The notes under the pieces are model-generated. The model made no database searches. It was not told the DNA's origin and was given only the letters and a program-made list of their open reading frames with translations. DNA of 64,000 nucleotides from the human T2T-CHM13v2.0 reference genome, Homo sapiens. The stretch lies in assembly GCF_009914755.1 (NCBI RefSeq), contig NC_060929.1; one strand, given 5' to 3'. The stretch's first letter is position 1, and every line of letters begins with the position of its first letter. The translations under genes were made by a program, and so were the position numbers. Of this stretch, positions 59,591 through 64,000 are shown piece after piece.

Positions 59591-61999
59591 TAATAAATAT
59601 GTTTCTAAAAATTCCAGAGTCACATTTTCATCCACTGTACTTGGAGGGAGAGTATGATGTCCCCTTGCTTGAGGCACAAGGACCAGAAATTAGAGCTCCC
59701 AGTCATTGTAGTTGCATGCATTTCCCCACCCATTAGAATGGAATTTCTTTGACAAAAATGACAAAACTCTAAGGGTCATTTTGGGCCTGAGTCATGAGCT
59801 AAGCAGCTGTTTCAATTGTCAAGTGTTAAATGATTTGTTCTGGATCAGAGACTATAAGGCAAGAAATGGGGCTAGGAAAAAGAAACAGGTTACAGAGGTC
59901 AACAAGTTAGCAGAGGTATACAAGTGTGCCCTTTGGGCATCAGCAACAAAGAGCACCTGGGCTGACCTCTGCTGTCTTAATGCTGGAAATATTATAGCCC
60001 GCTCTGTAATCTCTCCCCCTTGCCCCCGGGAGAAAAATCTTTCACCTAACAATGGATTCCACTAGAATTTTTGTATTGTTATCACAAAAATCTTCTAGGA
60101 ATAAACAGAGAGCTTTTGTTGATCATGAGCAAGATCTTCCTGGGGCCATGTGCAAACAGCAAAAAGAAAATTTGATCTGGAAGAGAATGAGAACCATGCA
60201 GTTGTTTGGAATACTATTGTTGGGCTTTTTGGGTTTTTACGGACAGCTACTTTGAAAAGCAGATTGACTAAGTTGCTAATATGTGAAATAAGCACCACTA
60301 TTTTGCTGCAAGTCCTCTATCAACTTTTGGACACTTGTCTCAGGACTAACTGCAGTTTAGAAGGTGTTTTGTTTTGTTTTGTTTTTTGTTTTGAAAGTAT
60401 TTCGTTTCTTGCCTTAGATCTATACTTGAAAGGACCTTCTTGTGGCCTTATCTGGTAGAGACACAAGATCTTAGAATCAGAGAGAACTTTAGTTCTGGAA
60501 TGAGCTTTAGAGGCTAGTATTCCAACTTTCTACCCAATGTAAGAATTGCCAATATTTACTTTTGTTTGTTTTTCAGTCTCCTAAGACTGTATGTGTTCAT
60601 AAAATCAGCATAATTGATTTGTTATTATTCATCCACAGACATCAGCTAATATAATAGTTTATATATAAATACAAAAGTATACATTTCACTTTAAATAAAC
60701 ATTTATGTGAGTAAAATAGAGAAGGAAACTTAATGTGTGCCTATTTGTGCTTTAAGATAATAACATGAATATATACAATGTCTATTTATAGACTAATGAG
60801 CTGACTTAACATGCATTTATGATATAAGCTTCAGTTGCATTTGGTCAACATTTGACTATCCTACAGGCTCTTTTAGTATAAATTTGCATAAAAATCTTTT
60901 ACAAAAAAGATATATATATATATATACACATATATATATTTTTAACTTCAGGCTGATTGACCTATACTATCATAACATTAATACTATATTATTATCTATA
61001 TACAAAAGAAAATCCCAAAGGACCTTTGCTTAAAATATAGACACACACACATACACATGCACATTTCATGCTGTCAGCTTTTTTCAACTCTCAGACTCAT
61101 CATTTCTCTCACTGGAGTTTGGGAAGCACCATGCTTGAGTCAGTCTTACATGTTGGCCCCAGGAACCCTTTCTGAAAAGTTCCCCTCATTCACTCTTTGC
61201 ATATTTGGGGCACTCACAGAAGATATTCCAGAAAAAAAAATGACCCTAAAAAAATAAGCCCATGAATTTGTGAGTTTCAAAAGCCACCAGAAAATGTGCT
61301 TCTTCGAAAGCACGGTTAGGGTCATAAGTCAAATTCAGGAAGCAGAGGCATAATGTGACTTCCTTCCACCGCTGGCTGCTCCTCTGCGCATTCCAAAGGG
61401 CAAGACCAGAGCTTGGAAACAGAAATAGAGAAACTCGCAGGAAAGGTTGGCTTGTTGCTCGGGCCTGCTCTTAAAGACAGATGACTATTGGAGTTTGTTG
61501 GAATTTAACCCCTGGACTCTCTCCCTGGGATGTATAATTGGCTCTCACTTCCTGAATGCATGATTATGTGCTGCAGGCAGATCGCTGCCAATTATTTTTA
61601 TTGTGATTGCTTTGTGCATCTCTGTTGGCAATAGCGTTCACAGGATTTCAGCTCAAGGGGAACGGCCACAGCCCCAAGGGTCCAAGATTAGAATATGACT
61701 GCGGTTATAGGTCAAAAGATTAAAGGTCTGTGAATATTGTTCTCTTTTTCACCCAGAGATACCAGGATAGTCTCTGGCACTTTCGCCTTGGTATCCATAA
61801 GTGAGACCTGTATTGTCAGTGTTTAGATTTGTCACAATCAGAATTAACATTCGTTTAGTTCAGAAAAATATGTAAGTATTGAATAGTGGCACAATTATAA
61901 TTTGATTCTTTCTCCTCTCTCTTCTCCCATCAGGGCCTGTGTCTCAAAAAATGTAAAGGCTTGCAACTCTTTGAAAAGCTTTCTCTTTTCCTTTTTGGG

Positions 62000-62390
62000 T
62001 AAAAAGTTATACAAGACACTAGAAAATTCAAACATTAAAGAAATGTCAAGTGAAAATCTTCAGAATGGAGGACTATAATTTTTTCAAAAAGTAAAAGTCC
62101 TCATGAGCTTCTCCTCCCTACCCTGAGTAACCACTTTAAATAGTTTAGTGGGTTTTCCTCCTAGTCATTTTCTAGATATGTTTTATGTATATATATAAAA
62201 ACTGATATGTTTTATGTATATATATAAATGAAATCACTATTATTTAAAAGTGCTTTTTTCACTGAGCAATGTCACTTGGACATTTTCCATATATCTGTTT
62301 AGAAAAATCGACCTCATTCTTTCCCAATAGTTATATGATATTCCATTGTAAGGCTATACCATAGTTTATTTAACTATCTCCCCTCCATGT
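62000..62390 (-). mobile_element. Ancient L1ME-like 3' fragment
   Basis: gtaaccactttaaatagtttagtg...tgctttttttcactgagcaat...gatattccattgtaaggctataccatagtttatttaac. Confidence 0.6.
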
Positions 62391-62959
62391 GCCCCCCTCC
62401 ACCTACTACTTGGCCTTTTTTTTCCTTTTTCTCCTTCTTTTTTTTTTTTTTCTTTTTACAAATTGAGAAGGAGATGAAAAATCTCTGCTGGTATTAGCAA
62501 CAGGAACCATCCAGCTGCATCTGGTTAAATCTGGTGGAGTCACAGATGCATGACAACCTGAGTTTCCAGCCAAGGATTAATGTTTCGTGCAGATTACATA
62601 GTATTTATATTTTAAACCTGTGACATGTTGAGGGGATAAAATTTTATATCTGTAGGAACAAAATCAGAAATTTATCTGATCATTGTCCTCTTCCTAAGCT
62701 TGTTGGGCCCTTGAAAAAATGGATTTTGGGCCCCTTTTTAAAGAAAATTTTAGTTGGCCAGGTGCCTTGTGAGTAAAGAAGACCATAGACAAATCAATAC
62801 AGGTGATTTACTTCTTAGCTTAAAAATTGATCTCACATATGATACTTAATGTTTTCGTTTAGAACCTTGGGTTTGTGTCTTGTACCTAAAATCTGCATTC
62901 CTACCAAAAACTATTTCATTAATAATATCACATAACCGACAGTCAAATACAGATCAGTA

Positions 62960-63369
<410 letters not shown>

Positions 63370-64000
63370 TCACATACCTCTGCCTTGGCACCTTGAAAGG
63401 TTTCAGACAGTCAGGCAACTGGGGAGGCAGCTGTTTTCTGTGGTCACAGAGCACATCAGCTTAAGGCTGGTAAAAAGCTTTGATTATTATTCAGGACATA
63501 TAATACTTTTATTAGCTCCACACTGATTAGTGCTGTGCTAGAACTGCTTTCTGTAAAATTGAGATCCTTCCTTGCATGGAACTTATATTATCTGTAGATA
63601 AATTCCTCGGTATGACATTTGAATGTCTTAACATTTGAGTATCTTAACAAAGTCCAAAGGATAATTAGAATCATCACTCATACAAGACATATTTTGAAGA
63701 CAAAAAGGTGTGGTGCCAATATAAAAGGTTCATTTAAAAGAATCCATTTTACTAACTGCAGGTAAGTATCCAAAAGCAACAACCCACTTTCCCAGTTGAT
63801 TGTGGCTTGTTTTCCCATTCCTGTCCTTTATTCCACGTTGCTGTCTCTCCACTTTCTGATTTTGTAGTGTAGGCTTTGTGTAGCTCTCAAATTCAAATTT
63901 AAGCCACTTAAAATGGAGCTCAAAAGCAGGTCCTGAGAATTGATGGCTGAGTAGTGATGGTGGTCAGTGTTTTACACCTTCGTTCTTATATCTATGTTTA

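Overview
Primate (human or great-ape-like) non-coding genomic DNA, very rich in repeats, with no intact protein-coding gene recognisable. Nearly all ORF-track entries are Alu, L1 or microsatellite artefacts. The main elements are a full-length HMGN2 processed pseudogene (minus strand, -1 frameshift) nested in an AluSc-like element that is itself inside a MER5-type DNA transposon; a full-length ~6.5 kb L1PA7/8-type LINE-1; a young 5'-truncated L1PA2-like copy; many Alus; several solo MaLR/ERVL LTRs with 5-bp TSDs; hAT MITEs (MER5, MER20, MER33, MER53, MER103); MIR/L2 relics; and a recent 260-bp tandem duplication at the edge of a 0.9-kb TG-rich tract. Less obvious signals are a 27-nt tRNA-Arg(TCT) 5' fragment, a ~67-bp TSD-flanked hairpin retroposon, an Alu Pol III promoter fused to the HMGN2 retrocopy, a TATA-type promoter candidate and a perfect U1-complementary splice donor. 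I found no convincing novel multi-gene system. Subfamily calls come from recalled consensus sequences, not from an alignment.
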